A DNA stretch of 64,000 nt from an uncultured Gemmatimonadales bacterium (GTDB lineage: Bacteria; Gemmatimonadota; Gemmatimonadetes; Longimicrobiales; RSA9): positions 864,001 through 928,000 of the forward strand of contig CAWCRS010000003.1 of the NCBI GenBank assembly GCA_963798085.1, in the 5' to 3' direction. A program made the translations under genes and the position numbers. Below, piece after piece: positions 43,073-53,577 of this stretch. Position 1 is the stretch's first letter. The number at the start of each line of letters is the position of its first letter. Below the pieces are notes generated by a model, which did not search any database, was not told the DNA's origin, and worked only from the letters and a program-made list of their open reading frames with translations.

Positions 43073-44188
43073 ATGCGATTCAAGATCACACGAGACAATC
43101 TGCAGCAGGGTCTGGCGGCGGTAGCGGCGAGCATACCGACACGCACGACGTTACCCGTTCTCTCGAACATCCTGGTGCAGGCCGGATCCGGATCTGTTTC
43201 CATGAGTGGCACGGACCTCGACATTGCGGTGGCTGTGAGTGTGCCTGCGGAGGTCGAGGAGGAAGGCGCCATCACGGTTCCCGCGAAGAAGCTGCAGGAG
43301 CTGGCGCGCGAGCTGCCGGAGCATCCCGTGCGCGTACAGTCGAAGGGTGATCGTTTCGAGTTGAACTGCGGACGCGCATTGTTCAAGCTGAACGGCATGC
43401 CGCGTGACGAGTTCCCGACCTTTCCCGCAGTGAACTTCGACACCAGCTGGAAACTCAAGGGGCAGACGCTGCACGATCTGATCCGGCAGACTTCCTTTGC
43501 GGTATCGACAGAAGAGAGCCGGCCGATTCTTAACGGCGTGTTATGGCAGCTCGATGGCGCCACCATGCGCATGGTGGCCACGAATGGACACCGGCTGGCA
43601 CGCATGACGGTGCCGGTTTCAGCGGCGGCGACACCGCGCGAGGATCTGATCGTACCGCCCAAGGCACTGCAGCAGGTGGAACGGCTTTTCGGTCCGGAAG
43701 ATGAAGTCGAGGTTGCGCGCAACGAGAACCATTCGGGATTCCGGCGCAATGGAACACAGGTGTTCACACGGCTGATCGAGGGACCGTACCCGAACTACGA
43801 GCAGGTCATTCCGCGTGACAACGACAAGATCGTCATCGCGGATCGGAATCTGCTGACGCAGGCGCTGCGTCGCATGGCGGTGGTGGCTAGCGACCAGACG
43901 CACCGCGTGCGCCTCAGCTTCACCAGCGGCTCACTGCGCTTCTCGGTAGAGACGCCGGATCTCGGCGAAGCACACGAAGAGCTGGAAGTGGATTACCAGG
44001 GCGAGCCCCTCGAGATCGGCTTCAACGCCAGCTATCTCCTGGAAGTGCTGAAGTACATGCCGACGGAGGAAGTGAAACTGGCGTTCAAGGCGCCCGAGCG
44101 TGCGGCAACGATCGAGCCGGCAGCGAGCGGTGATGCCGAGACGCCGGATTACTTCTGCCTCGTGATGCCGCTGCGGTTGCTCGAGTAG
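43073..44188 (+). CDS. dnaN: DNA polymerase III beta clamp
   Basis: TLPVLSNIL, GTDLDI, ESRPILNG, ATNGHRLA, RLIEGPYPNY, VMPLRL. Confidence 0.98.
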   Translation: MRFKITRDNLQQGLAAVAASIPTRTTLPVLSNILVQAGSGSVSMSGTDLDIAVAVSVPAEVEEEGAITVPAKKLQELARELPEHPVRVQSKGDRFELNCGRALFKLNGMPRDEFPTFPAVNFDTSWKLKGQTLHDLIRQTSFAVSTEESRPILNGVLWQLDGATMRMVATNGHRLARMTVPVSAAATPREDLIVPPKALQQVERLFGPEDEVEVARNENHSGFRRNGTQVFTRLIEGPYPNYEQVIPRDNDKIVIADRNLLTQALRRMAVVASDQTHRVRLSFTSGSLRFSVETPDLGEAHEELEVDYQGEPLEIGFNASYLLEVLKYMPTEEVKLAFKAPERAATIEPAASGDAETPDYFCLVMPLRLLE

Positions 44189-44194
44189 CAGGGG

Positions 44195-44783
44195 TCAGTC
44201 GGCGAGCAGCTCCGCGGTCGTGTACAGCGTTGTCAGCGGCAGCGCAGCATCACGGATGCGCTCGGCACCGCCTTCCTGCCGGTCGACAATGGCGAAGACG
44301 CCGAGCACGGTAGCGGTGGTTTCGCGCAATGCCGCGACAGCGTTGAGTGCGCTCTCCCCGGTGGTGATCACGTCCTCTATTACAACAACGCGCCCAGCAT
44401 TCGGGGAAGGCCCCCTCGATGCGGCGACCGGCGCCATGCGCCTTGGCTTCTTTGCGCACGGTGAAGGCATCCAGCGTCCGGCCGGCTGACGCCGCGGCAT
44501 GCGCAATCGCGTAGGAAACCGGGTCCGCGCCGAGCGTGAGACCGCCCACCGCATCCGGGGCCCAGCCCTGCTCATCGAGCGTCGCGAGTCCCAGACGTCC
44601 GATCAGCAGCTGCCCCTGCCCCGACATCGTGGTGATGCGCGCATCGATGTAGTACGTCGAACGACGCCCGCTGGAGAGCACGAAGTCACCACGACGCAGT
44701 GATTTCGCGCGCAACAACTCGAGCAGCGCCGTGCGTTCCTCCGTGAGTGCCTTCAGCGAGCCCCGGCCACGAATCTCACTCAT
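44195..44783 (-). CDS. pyrE: Orotate phosphoribosyltransferase; frameshift near 44400
   Basis: GDFVLSSGRRSTYYID, VRKEAKAHG, VVVIEDVITTGES, IVDRQEGG. Confidence 0.93.
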
Positions 44784-45061
44784 GTACTCTGCTCCGCAGC
44801 CTCGTTCCACAGCTCACTGCTGCCGGGCGCAATCGCATCGACATCCAGCCTGCGGCGAGCAATCGGTTCCGCATTGGCAAAGTCGCTGCCTCCCTTCCAT
44901 TCGATGAACTCCAGGAACTGATCCTGCCGCTCGGCGCCCTGGTAGCGCCATGCCCTGCCACTGGCGGTCGCAACGGCGTCCCGCAACCGCTGCCACGCGT
45001 GGTCGTACCCATCGCTCCGGTCCAGCGCCATTTGCCGCCTCGTGACCAGCAATCGCCTCAT
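44780..45061 (-). CDS. Small hypothetical protein (possibly ABM-like fold)
   Basis: GGAG RBS; stop overlaps the pyrE start; DQFLEFIEW motif. Confidence 0.55.
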   Translation of the reverse strand: MRRLLVTRRQMALDRSDGYDHAWQRLRDAVATASGRAWRYQGAERQDQFLEFIEWKGGSDFANAEPIARRRLDVDAIAPGSSELWNEAAEQST

Positions 45062-45170
45062 CTTCACTCCTCCGGCGCAGGGGGCGGGTCGGACGCGAAG
45101 AAACTCCAGTAAGCGAGGCTCAATGGCAACGGTCTCTGCGCGAAGCAGCGACCGGCCGAGCAATCCGATG

Positions 45171-45349
45171 GCGGACCGTCTTGGCATTCTTTCCTTTCGG
45201 CCTGAGCCGCTATCCCACCGACGCAGTCAGCCATGGAAACTGGTCACTCGATGTGCGCCTGCGACGCCTGCATTGCGATGTGCGCCGGAACGCAAGAACG
45301 CCAAGACGGTCCGATGCATCCGTTGCGCAAGAACGCCAAGACGGTCCGA
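45171..45349. mobile_element. ~144-bp MITE/REPIN-like element (45171-45314) plus a duplicated right end (45329-45349)
   Basis: GCGGACCGTCTTGGCATTCTTTCCTTTCGGCC ... AAGAACGCCAAGACGGTCCGA twice. Confidence 0.75.
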
Positions 45350-45353
45350 TGGA

Positions 45354-46976
45354 TCAGTTGCGCGGACGAAGAGTGCTCTCGGTGAGGGCGAGGAGTGCGT
45401 CGACGAGGAGGGCGAGGAGGGCGGCGGGGATGGCGCCGGAGAGGATCATGTGGGTGTCGGAAAGGGCGAGGCCCGCGACGATGGGATCGCCGAGGCCGCC
45501 GGCACCTACGAACGCGGCGAGTGTGGCGGTGCCGACGTCGATTACCGCGGCTGTGCGGATGCCTGCCATGATGATGGGCGCGGCCAGCGGCAGTCTCACG
45601 TAGCGCAGGACCTGGCCGGGCGTCATGCCGAGGGCTTCGGCGGTGCTGGCGGCTTCGGGGCTCGCGTCGCGGACACCGCTGTAGGTGTTGCGCACGATGG
45701 GGTAGAGCGAATAGAGCAGGAGTGCGGCGAGGGCGGGTTTCACGCCGATGCCGAGCAGCGGGATCATGAACGCGAGCAGCGCGATGCTCGGAATCACCTG
45801 CAGCAGGCCGACGGCGCGGATGACGGATTCGGCGCCTCGCCGGTTGCGTTCGAGGGCGAGGCCGAGGGGCACGGCGATGAGGAGGCCGAGGACCAGCGAG
45901 ACCGCCACGAGCAGCAGGTGACGGAGCGTGAGGCGGGCGAGGACGCGGCGGCGGGACCACAGGTACGAGGGCAGTGTCGTCGCCTGCAATGTGTCCCGGC
46001 TGACGGACGCGGCCGCGCGCTGGGTGAGGCCAAGCGAATCGAGGGCGGCGCGCGCGACATTGGCGATGGCGGTGCCATCCACTTCGACGCGGCGATTGAG
46101 GGAGCGCATGAGGGCCACGTCGAGCCGGCCGCTCAGCGCAGTGAGCGCGGCCACGGCGTCCGGGCGGTTCTCCGCGACGCGGCGGCTGACGATTGCGGCG
46201 GCCTGGTACGCAGGGAAGAAACCGCGCACATCGGTGAGCGTGACGAGGTCGTAGCGATCGATGAAGCCATCGGTCGAGTAGCCATCGATCACATCGACCG
46301 CGCCGCTCGCGAGCGCCTGATACTTCACGGCCTGGAGCAGCGCGCGCACATCGCGGAATCCGAGATCGTAGGCGCGCGTGAGTCCGGGCAGGCCGTCCTG
46401 GCGGCCGATGAAGTCGGGTGTGAAGCCGGCGATCAGGCGGGGTCCGACGCGCGCGAGGTCCTCGAGGGTGCGCAGGCCGAGGCTGTCCGCGGTGCGGCGG
46501 CGCACGGCGATCGCGTACGTATTCTCGAAACCGAGCGGCGGCAGCCAGCGCACACCCCAGCGCTGCGCGAATTCGCGCGAAACCGTGTCGAACACGCGCA
46601 GCGCGTCCGACTGCGGGGGCTGGTGCAGCACGGCGACGAGGCCGGTCCCGGTGTATTCGGGATACACGTCGATGGCGCCATTGCGCAGCGCGCCGAAGGC
46701 GATCTCCGTGGCACCGAGGCCGGGGCGCCGGTCCACGCGGATGCCGCGCGCCTCGAGCAGCTGCGCGAACATTTCGGCGAGCACGTAGGACTCACCGAAC
46801 GGCTTGGAGGCGACGATGATCGGCCCCCGTTCGGTCGTCTGCGCGGCGTTCGAGGCGGGGTCAGCGCCCGGACCGCGTGTGCCCGCCGTATCCTGCCTGG
46901 CGAATCCCGGCGATCCGCGGAAGAAGAGCAGGAATGCGAGTCCGGCAGTGGCCCGCGCGAGGCGAATCCGCTTCAT
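45354..46976 (-). CDS. Betaine/ergothioneine-type ABC importer, substrate-binding + permease fusion
   Basis: VASKPFGES, DVYPEYTGTG, GFENTYAI, YSTDG, FPAYQ; then IPSIALL, EAA loop ALGMT, GAGGLGDPI. Confidence 0.9.
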   Translation of the reverse strand: MKRIRLARATAGLAFLLFFRGSPGFARQDTAGTRGPGADPASNAAQTTERGPIIVASKPFGESYVLAEMFAQLLEARGIRVDRRPGLGATEIAFGALRNGAIDVYPEYTGTGLVAVLHQPPQSDALRVFDTVSREFAQRWGVRWLPPLGFENTYAIAVRRRTADSLGLRTLEDLARVGPRLIAGFTPDFIGRQDGLPGLTRAYDLGFRDVRALLQAVKYQALASGAVDVIDGYSTDGFIDRYDLVTLTDVRGFFPAYQAAAIVSRRVAENRPDAVAALTALSGRLDVALMRSLNRRVEVDGTAIANVARAALDSLGLTQRAAASVSRDTLQATTLPSYLWSRRRVLARLTLRHLLLVAVSLVLGLLIAVPLGLALERNRRGAESVIRAVGLLQVIPSIALLAFMIPLLGIGVKPALAALLLYSLYPIVRNTYSGVRDASPEAASTAEALGMTPGQVLRYVRLPLAAPIIMAGIRTAAVIDVGTATLAAFVGAGGLGDPIVAGLALSDTHMILSGAIPAALLALLVDALLALTESTLRPRN

Positions 46977-47719
46977 GCGGCGCTGAGCCGGGCGCGCTGC
47001 AGCAGAGCGCGCACGTAATCGTTGGCGGGTTCTGCGACGAGTGTGTCTGGTGGCGCGATCTGTTCAATGCGACCGGCCCGCATCACGGCAATGCGATCGG
47101 CGAGGCGCGCGGCCTCGTGCAGGTCGTGCGTGACCAGGACGGCGGCCACGGACAGCTCGCGGCGCAGCGCGAGAAAGGAATCCTGCAATTCCGCGCGGGT
47201 GATGGCATCGAGCGCGCCGAACGGTTCATCGAGCAGGATGATCGCGGGCCTCGCGGCGAGCGCGCGCGCAATGGCGACGCGCTGGCGCTGGCCGCCGGAC
47301 AGCTGCGAGGGCATGCGGTCGGCGAACGTGCCGGCGGGCATGCCCACGAGATCGAGTGCGCGACGCGCGAGTGCGTCTGTATCGGCGGAGCGCTGGAGCC
47401 AGGGCACGAGCCCGACGTTGCGCAGGACGGGCCAGTGCGGCAGCAGGCCGCCCTCCTGCGGGACGTAACCGATGCCGCGGCGCAGCGCGATGACGTCGAC
47501 GGAACCGATGTCGCGGCCGGCGACTCGGATCGTGCCTGCGTCCGGCTCGACCATGCGATTGAAGCAGCGTAGCAGCGTACTCTTGCCGGCGCCGCTCTCA
47601 CCGACCAGAGCGACACATTCGCCAGCCGCGACAGAAAGCGAGACGTCGTCCAGCGCGTGGCCCTCGCCGTAACGCTTGCGGATGTGCTCGGCCTCGAGGG
47701 CCGGGTTGGATTGCGTCAT
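46973..47719 (-). CDS. ABC transporter ATP-binding subunit (OpuA/ProV-like)
   Basis: GESGAGKS, LRRGIGYVPQ, LSGGQRQRV, LLDEPFGALD, VTHD. Confidence 0.92.
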   Translation of the reverse strand: MTQSNPALEAEHIRKRYGEGHALDDVSLSVAAGECVALVGESGAGKSTLLRCFNRMVEPDAGTIRVAGRDIGSVDVIALRRGIGYVPQEGGLLPHWPVLRNVGLVPWLQRSADTDALARRALDLVGMPAGTFADRMPSQLSGGQRQRVAIARALAARPAIILLDEPFGALDAITRAELQDSFLALRRELSVAAVLVTHDLHEAARLADRIAVMRAGRIEQIAPPDTLVAEPANDYVRALLQRARLSAA

Positions 47720-47923
47720 GGCCCCGATAGTACAGGCGGCCGGAGGCGGGCGGAACGGGCGGGCGGAACGGGCCCAGAGCGGGTCGGACCTGGTCGGGCA
47801 CCAAATTCGCGATCCGGGCATTACACGTGAGCGCGTTGGTCGAGAGCGGCCTCGCCTGCTAGCTTGCGGCAAGCGGGCTCGTCTCCGCTTCTCGCCGCTG
47901 TTTTTCGTGAACTCCGGAGGACC

Positions 47924-49232
47924 ATGCAAGGCACCACTGTCTCCGTGCACGACATCGCGCGCAAGCTGGCGGAGGCGCGAGCGCGCACGCTGCTGCTGGT
48001 TTCGCCGCTGAGCGAGGATGATCTGCGGCGGCAGCACGATCCACTGATGGGCCCGATCATTCTGGGACCTGGGTCACATTGCGCATTTCGAGGAACTCTG
48101 GCTGCTCGACAACACGCGCGGCGAGATCCGTTTCGGCGAGATGCCCGGCATGTTCAATCCCTTCGAGAATCCGCGCGCGGTGCGTGGGAAGCTGGAGCTG
48201 CCCACGCTGTGTGCTTCGCTCGAGGTGATGGCGGAAGTGCGAGAGCGCGTGCTCGAGCAGCTCGAGCAGACGGACTTCGTGAACGCGCCGGCGCTGCTGC
48301 GTGATGGCTACGTCTACAACATGGTTCTGCAGCACGAGTATCAGCACGACGAGACGGTGCTGCAGACGCTCCAGCTGAAGCAGGGTTCGCCCTATGCGGC
48401 GCCGCGGGCGGCGCCGGTACCGGCGGCGAGACTGACGCTGGAATCAGGCGCCATGGTGCGTTTTCCAGGCAGCCGTGTGAGCATTGGCACGACCGACCGC
48501 AGCGCGGCCTACGACAACGAGCGGCCGGTCCACGAGGTCGAGCTGTCGTCGTTCTGGATCGACGTCGCACCCGTGACGAATCGCGAGTACCTGGAGTTCA
48601 TGGAAGCGGGCGGTTATCGCAAGCGTGAGTTCTGGTCGGACGCCGGTTGGGCGTGGCTGCAGGAAGCGGGCGTCGAGGCGCCGAAGTACTGGTCGCGCGA
48701 GAGCGGGGCCTGGCAGGTGCGCACGATGGACCGCGTGACGAGTGCGGAAGCGCGCGTGCCGGTGTGCCACGTGGGCTGGCACGAGGCGGAAGCGTACGCG
48801 CGCTGGGCCGGCAAGCGCCTGCCGACGGAATTCGAGTGGGAGGCGGCCGCCACGTGGGATCCAGCCGCGCGCGCTGCGCGTAGCTATCCATGGGGCGACG
48901 ACGCGCCCGGACCGTTGCACGCGAATCTCGACCAGCTCGCGTTCGGCACGGCACCGGTGGGTGCGTACCCACGCAACGTCTCGCCCATCGGGTGTTACGG
49001 CATGATCGGCGATGTGTGGGAGTGGACGTCGAGCGATTTCCGCGCCTATCCGGGCTACGAGACGTTCCCGTACAAGGAGTACTCGGAGGTGTTCTTCGGC
49101 AGTGACTACAAGGTGCTGCGCGGCGGCTCATGGGCGACGCGGCCGGGAGCGATCCGCGGCACATTCCGGAACTGGGACTATCCCATCCGGCGGCAGATCT
49201 TCAGCGGATTCCGGTGTGCCCGTGATGCGTGA
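47924..49232 (+). CDS. egtB: Ergothioneine sulfoxide synthase; frameshift near 48061
   Basis: QHDPLMGPI(I)WDLGHIAHFEELWL, QHEYQHDET iron ligands, FGE-type domain, RNWDYPIRRQIFSGFRCA. Confidence 0.9.
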
Positions 49233-50182
49233 TGACGGTGTGCTGACAACCACCGGCGAGGGGATGCTCGCCGAGGTATGGGAAGGGCTCCACCGCGCGC
49301 AGAAGGAGCTTTCCCCGAAGTACTTCTACGACGAACGCGGCTCGCGGCTGTTCGACGAGATCACGAGCCTGACAGAGTATTATCCGACTCGCCTGGAGCG
49401 CATCCTGCTGCACAAGCACGCGCACGAGTGGTTGAGCCGCAAGCGGCCGCGCGCGCTGATCGAGCTGGGCGCGGGCAGCGCCGACAAGACGCGCATCCTG
49501 CTGGACGCGATGCCGCAGGAAGGCGGCTGGTACATCCCCATCGACATCAGCGCGACGTACCTGGAGGAAGTGGCGTCGCGGATTGGTGCCGAGTATCCGC
49601 ACCTGCGCATCCTGCCGGTGGAGTCGGACATTTCGCGCGGTCCCGTGGTGCCGCCGGACATGCCCAAACCGGCTGTTATCGCGTTCCTGGGCAGCACGAT
49701 CGGCAATTTCGAGCCGCGCGCATCGGCAGCGGCTGCTGGGCCGCGTGCGCCGTGCCATGAGCCTGCACGATCGTTTTCTCATTGGCGCGGACCTGGTGAA
49801 GGACATCCAGGTGCTGGAGGCGGCGTACAATGATGCCAGGGGCGTGACCGCGGAGTTCAACCTGAACGTGCTGCACGTGGTGAATCGCGAGCTGGGTGCG
49901 GATTTCGACGTGGACGCGTTCCAGCACGTCGCCTTCTACAACGTGGCGGCGTCGCGCATCGAGATGCACCTGCGTTCGCGTAGTGGCGCAGGCAGTCACG
50001 ATTCCGGGTGCGGGCACCGTGCGCTTCGAGGAAGGCGAGACGATCCGCACGGAGATCAGCTGCAAGTACACCCGGCGCAGCCTGGAGCGGAATGTTCGCC
50101 GCGGTGCGGCCTGGAGCTGGAGAGCTGGACCACGGACGCGGCCGGCTGGTATGCCCTGGCGACGGCGAAGGTACGCGCGTGA
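49225..50182 (+). CDS. egtD: L-histidine N-alpha-trimethyltransferase; frameshifted
   Basis: KELSPKYFYDERGSRLFDEI, EYYPTR, ELGAGSADKT, FLGSTIGNF, AYNDARGVTAEFNLN, TEISCKY. Confidence 0.92.
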
Positions 50183-51431
50183 CACGCGGGCCCGTCCTTG
50201 ATCTCGCGGGTGTGACCCGCAGCATCGCCGCGGCGAGTTTCGGCGCCGCGCTGCGGCTGCGGGCGCCAGGCGCATGGGCATCGAGGCCGAGCTGATCCCG
50301 CTGGATGCGACGACGCATCGTGTTGCACCGCTCGCGCAGCGCGTGCTGCCGGTGGTGCAGCGATTCGCGAAGGCGGCGGGCTGGGAAGTCTCGCCATCGG
50401 CCAAGGGTGCGCCGAAGCTGCTGGTGCCGGGGGGCGGCAGTCTCACGTTCGAGCCCGGCGGCCAGATCGAGTATGCGACGCCGCCCGTCACGTCGCCGTC
50501 CGTTCTCCTGCGACACGCGCGCGCCGTGCTCGCACCGCTGGTGGGGTTCGCCGCCGACGCGGGCATCGAGCTGCTGGGGGCAGGCCTCGATCCGTACAAC
50601 GGCATCGAGGCGGTGCCGCTGCAGATCGAGGCGGACCGCTACCGCTGCATGGATGCGTATTTCGCGAGCATTGGCCGCGCGGGTGCGCGCATGATGCGGC
50701 AGACCGCATCGATCCAGATCAACGTCGACCCGGGCGAGGATGCGGCGCTCACCTGGCGCGTGCTCAACGCCGCTTCGCCCGTGCTGACCGCAATGTTCGC
50801 AAACTCGCGGCGCTACGCAGGCGCTGACACGGGGTATGCGAGCTACCGCGCGCAAACGTGGCGCGAGCTGGATCCGTCGCGGACCGGGCTGGCATGGCGG
50901 GAAGGCGATGCGGTGAGCGGCTACGTGGATTTCGCGCTCGGTGCCGCGGCCATGTTCGTGCGGTCGGAGGATGGCGCGTATCTTCCCTTCCGCGAATGGG
51001 TGGCGCGAGGCGCAGCCACGGCCGAGAGCACGGCCGCGCATATGACCACGCTGTTTCCCGATGTGCGGGCGCGCGGCTATTTCGAGGTACGTGCGATCGA
51101 TGCGCTGCCGCTGGAGTGGTACGCCTCACCTGTGCTGCTCCTGGCAGGGCTGGCGCTCGATGCGCGTGCGACGCGCGAAGCGGCCGAGCTGCTGGGAGCA
51201 CCGGATGCTTCCCTGCCGGCGGTGGCCGCGACGCGAGGCATGCGAGACGACACCATGGCGGTCACGGCGGCGACGCTCGTTGACATTGCGCTGGCGGGCT
51301 GCAGCAGACTGGGCGAGCTCTGCAGTGACCAAGACATAGAGCTGGCGGCTGACTGGTTCGCGCGCTTCACGCGTCGCGGGCGTTCCCCCGCGGACGAGCC
51401 GGCGCCGGCCAGCATTGCGAGCGCCGCGTAA
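50179..51431 (+). CDS. egtA: Glutamate-cysteine ligase (GCS2/EgtA type); frameshift near 50260
   Basis: GIEAE, TFEPGGQIE, MMRQTASIQIN, AMFANS, HMTTLFPDVRARGYFEVRAID. Confidence 0.85.
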
Positions 51432-51446
51432 CACACACCGGTCCGG

Positions 51447-52283
51447 GTGCACGAACTTCTCAAGGCACTGATCCTGGGCGTGGTCGAGGGCGTGACGGAG
51501 TTCATTCCCGTCTCGTCCACGGGCCATCTCATCATTGCGGGCCACTGGCTGGGCTTCGAAGGCGATTTCGAGACGCTCTTCGAGATCTTCATCCAGCTGG
51601 GCGCGATCCTGGCGATCGTGTGGCTCTATCGCGCGAAGCTGTTCGGCGCGCTATTCAACGCTGCCCCATTGAAGGTGTCTTCGGAGGAACATTGGCGTTC
51701 GCAACCGGCCGCGCGGCGCCTGATCGTGAACCTCATCGTCGCGTTCATTCCTGCCGCCGCTGTGGGCTTCCTGATCCACCACTGGATCGAGGACCACCTG
51801 TTCAGCACGGCCACCGTGGCGGGCGCGCTGCTGGTCGGCGGCGTGGGCATTCTCGCTGTGGAGAAGTGGAAACCGGCCGCGCGCGTGGCCACCGTCGACG
51901 ACATACCCACGCGCTCGGCACTGGGTGTGGGACTGGCGCAGGTGCTCTCGCTGTTTCCCGGCGTCTCGCGCTCCGCCGCGACGATCATGGGCGGAATGGC
52001 GATCGGCCTGTCGCGCGAAGCCGCGACCGAGTTCTCCTTCTTCGTTGCCGTGCCCATCATGTTCGCCGCGACACTCTTCGAGCTGGTCAGCAAGCGCGCG
52101 CTGCTATCCGGAGCGAATGTGCCTGTGCTCGCGGTGGGCTTCGTCACCGCATTCCTGTCCGCAGCAGTGGTGGTGAAGGCATTCGTGCGGTATGTGGCGG
52201 GGCACAGTTTTGCGGTGTTTGCGTGGTACCGGATTCTGCTCGGGGCGCTCCTCCTGGTTCTGTTGTATTTCCTGCCGCGTTGA
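51447..52283 (+). CDS. uppP: Undecaprenyl-diphosphatase
   Basis: VEGVTEFIPVSSTGHL, IQLGAILA, PGVSRSAATI, FAWYRI. Confidence 0.96.
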   Translation: MHELLKALILGVVEGVTEFIPVSSTGHLIIAGHWLGFEGDFETLFEIFIQLGAILAIVWLYRAKLFGALFNAAPLKVSSEEHWRSQPAARRLIVNLIVAFIPAAAVGFLIHHWIEDHLFSTATVAGALLVGGVGILAVEKWKPAARVATVDDIPTRSALGVGLAQVLSLFPGVSRSAATIMGGMAIGLSREAATEFSFFVAVPIMFAATLFELVSKRALLSGANVPVLAVGFVTAFLSAAVVVKAFVRYVAGHSFAVFAWYRILLGALLLVLLYFLPR

Positions 52284-52286
52284 ACG

Positions 52287-52316
52287 GCGTTGCCCCAGCC
52301 CGAGCCCCAGCAACGC
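52287..52316. repeat. GCGTTG-(CCCCAG-like)-CAACGC hairpin between convergent genes
   Basis: GCGTTGCCCCAGCCCGAGCCCCAGCAACGC. Confidence 0.5.
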
Positions 52317-52326
52317 GGTCCCCAAC

Positions 52327-53112
52327 CTACTTGGAACCCCGACGTGTCCAGACGAGGATGACGCCGCAATCCGTCCGACTCTTGTACTGGATGGGGATGT
52401 TGGCGCCGACGTAGATCTCCATGCCTTCCATGGTGGCGGGGCGGACGACGTCGAAGTTGGTGTTATCACCGGACACGCCATCGATGTAGAGCATGGGCGT
52501 GCAGCCCTGGTTGCGATTGATGAAGACGCGGCGGACGCCGGCGCCGCCGTAGTCGATCTTGATGCCGGGCTGATCATAGAGCAGGTCGGTCAGCTCCTGC
52601 GGGTTCTTGTGTTCGATGTAGGCGCGGTCCATGAAGCGTGCCTGTCTGCCGTACTCGGTGCGCCGGTCGTAGAAGCCAACCGACTGGAGCTTGGCGGAGC
52701 GCACGGTCACTTCAATGGGTGGCAGCTCGAGGGGTTTGGTGGAGAGCTGCACCTCGGTTTCCTGCAGTTCGCGCGGCTGGATGCGCACAGGCGCGGAGCG
52801 ACTCTCGTAGCCGATCAGCTCGACCTCGAGCAGCTGCAGGCCCGAGGGCACATCCTTGAGCGAGAACTCGCCGTTGTTGTCCGTGATGGCATTGAGTTGC
52901 GTGTCCTTGATGGAAACGCGCGCACCGGCGAGTGGTTTCTTCGCGTTGTGGTCGACCACAGTGCCGATCAGCTGGCCGGGCGGGTCCTGCGCGCGCGCGG
53001 GCATGGCGAGGCAGAAAAAGGCGAGTGGGCCCAGGATGATTCGGGCGACGCGGCCGGCGTGGGCGGTGTGGGCGGTGTGGGCGGTGTGGGCGACGAACGT
53101 TCGCGAGTGCAT
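52327..53112 (-). CDS. Secreted carboxypeptidase-regulatory-like + TonB-plug-like protein without a barrel
   Basis: GTVVD..PLAGARV..TDNNGEFSL..IGY; GFYDRR, CTPMLYIDG, EGMEIY, CGVILVWTR; 9-bp repeat (TAH)x3 near the N-terminus. Confidence 0.75.
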   Translation of the reverse strand: MHSRTFVAHTAHTAHTAHAGRVARIILGPLAFFCLAMPARAQDPPGQLIGTVVDHNAKKPLAGARVSIKDTQLNAITDNNGEFSLKDVPSGLQLLEVELIGYESRSAPVRIQPRELQETEVQLSTKPLELPPIEVTVRSAKLQSVGFYDRRTEYGRQARFMDRAYIEHKNPQELTDLLYDQPGIKIDYGGAGVRRVFINRNQGCTPMLYIDGVSGDNTNFDVVRPATMEGMEIYVGANIPIQYKSRTDCGVILVWTRRGSK

Positions 53113-53577
53113 TGGGAAACCTCCAGCAGCTTCGAGCAGATCGGATTCGGTGCAATGTACACCCCGCGGGGCGGGCATGGTTCGCGGGGCTGCGAGCTTC
53201 CGTTGGTGCGGCGGGTGTCAGATAGCCCTGCGTAAGGACCGGCCCGGTGCTTCGCAACCCTTTAGCCCAGCGTCAGGAAAGGCCCACTGCTCATGACCTG
53301 CCGGTGTCGTGGTAGTTGCGGCGCCCGAGGCTCGCTGGTCACTCATGCTCTGGCAATCTGGAGGCATGGCCGGGGGGCCCCTGAGCCCGTGGGAAAAGTG
53401 TGGCTGCGAAGCCGTGCCGATGGGGGCTGAGCTACGTCTGGCTCACGGCGTGACTGCGCCTCCTCGAGCGCGTGGCCATATCTCATTGCACGACATACGT
53501 CTCGGCTGGCGGTGCGGCACGCTGGAGGAACGGTGGCGCTGGCGAGGCCAGGCCGAGCGAAAGCCTGCGCCTGCGCG

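Noticed and set aside
45042..47018. Long antisense ORFs (45042-47018, also 15799-18084, 41340-42959, 55637-57298, 61678-63183)
   Set aside because: They are shadows of real genes on the opposite strand, common in high-GC DNA, with no recognisable motifs.
7814..49232. selD + egtB as a selenoneine (senABC) pathway
   Set aside because: The genes are 39 kb apart, no SenB glycosyltransferase is visible, and egtB sits with egtA and egtD as in the sulfur pathway.
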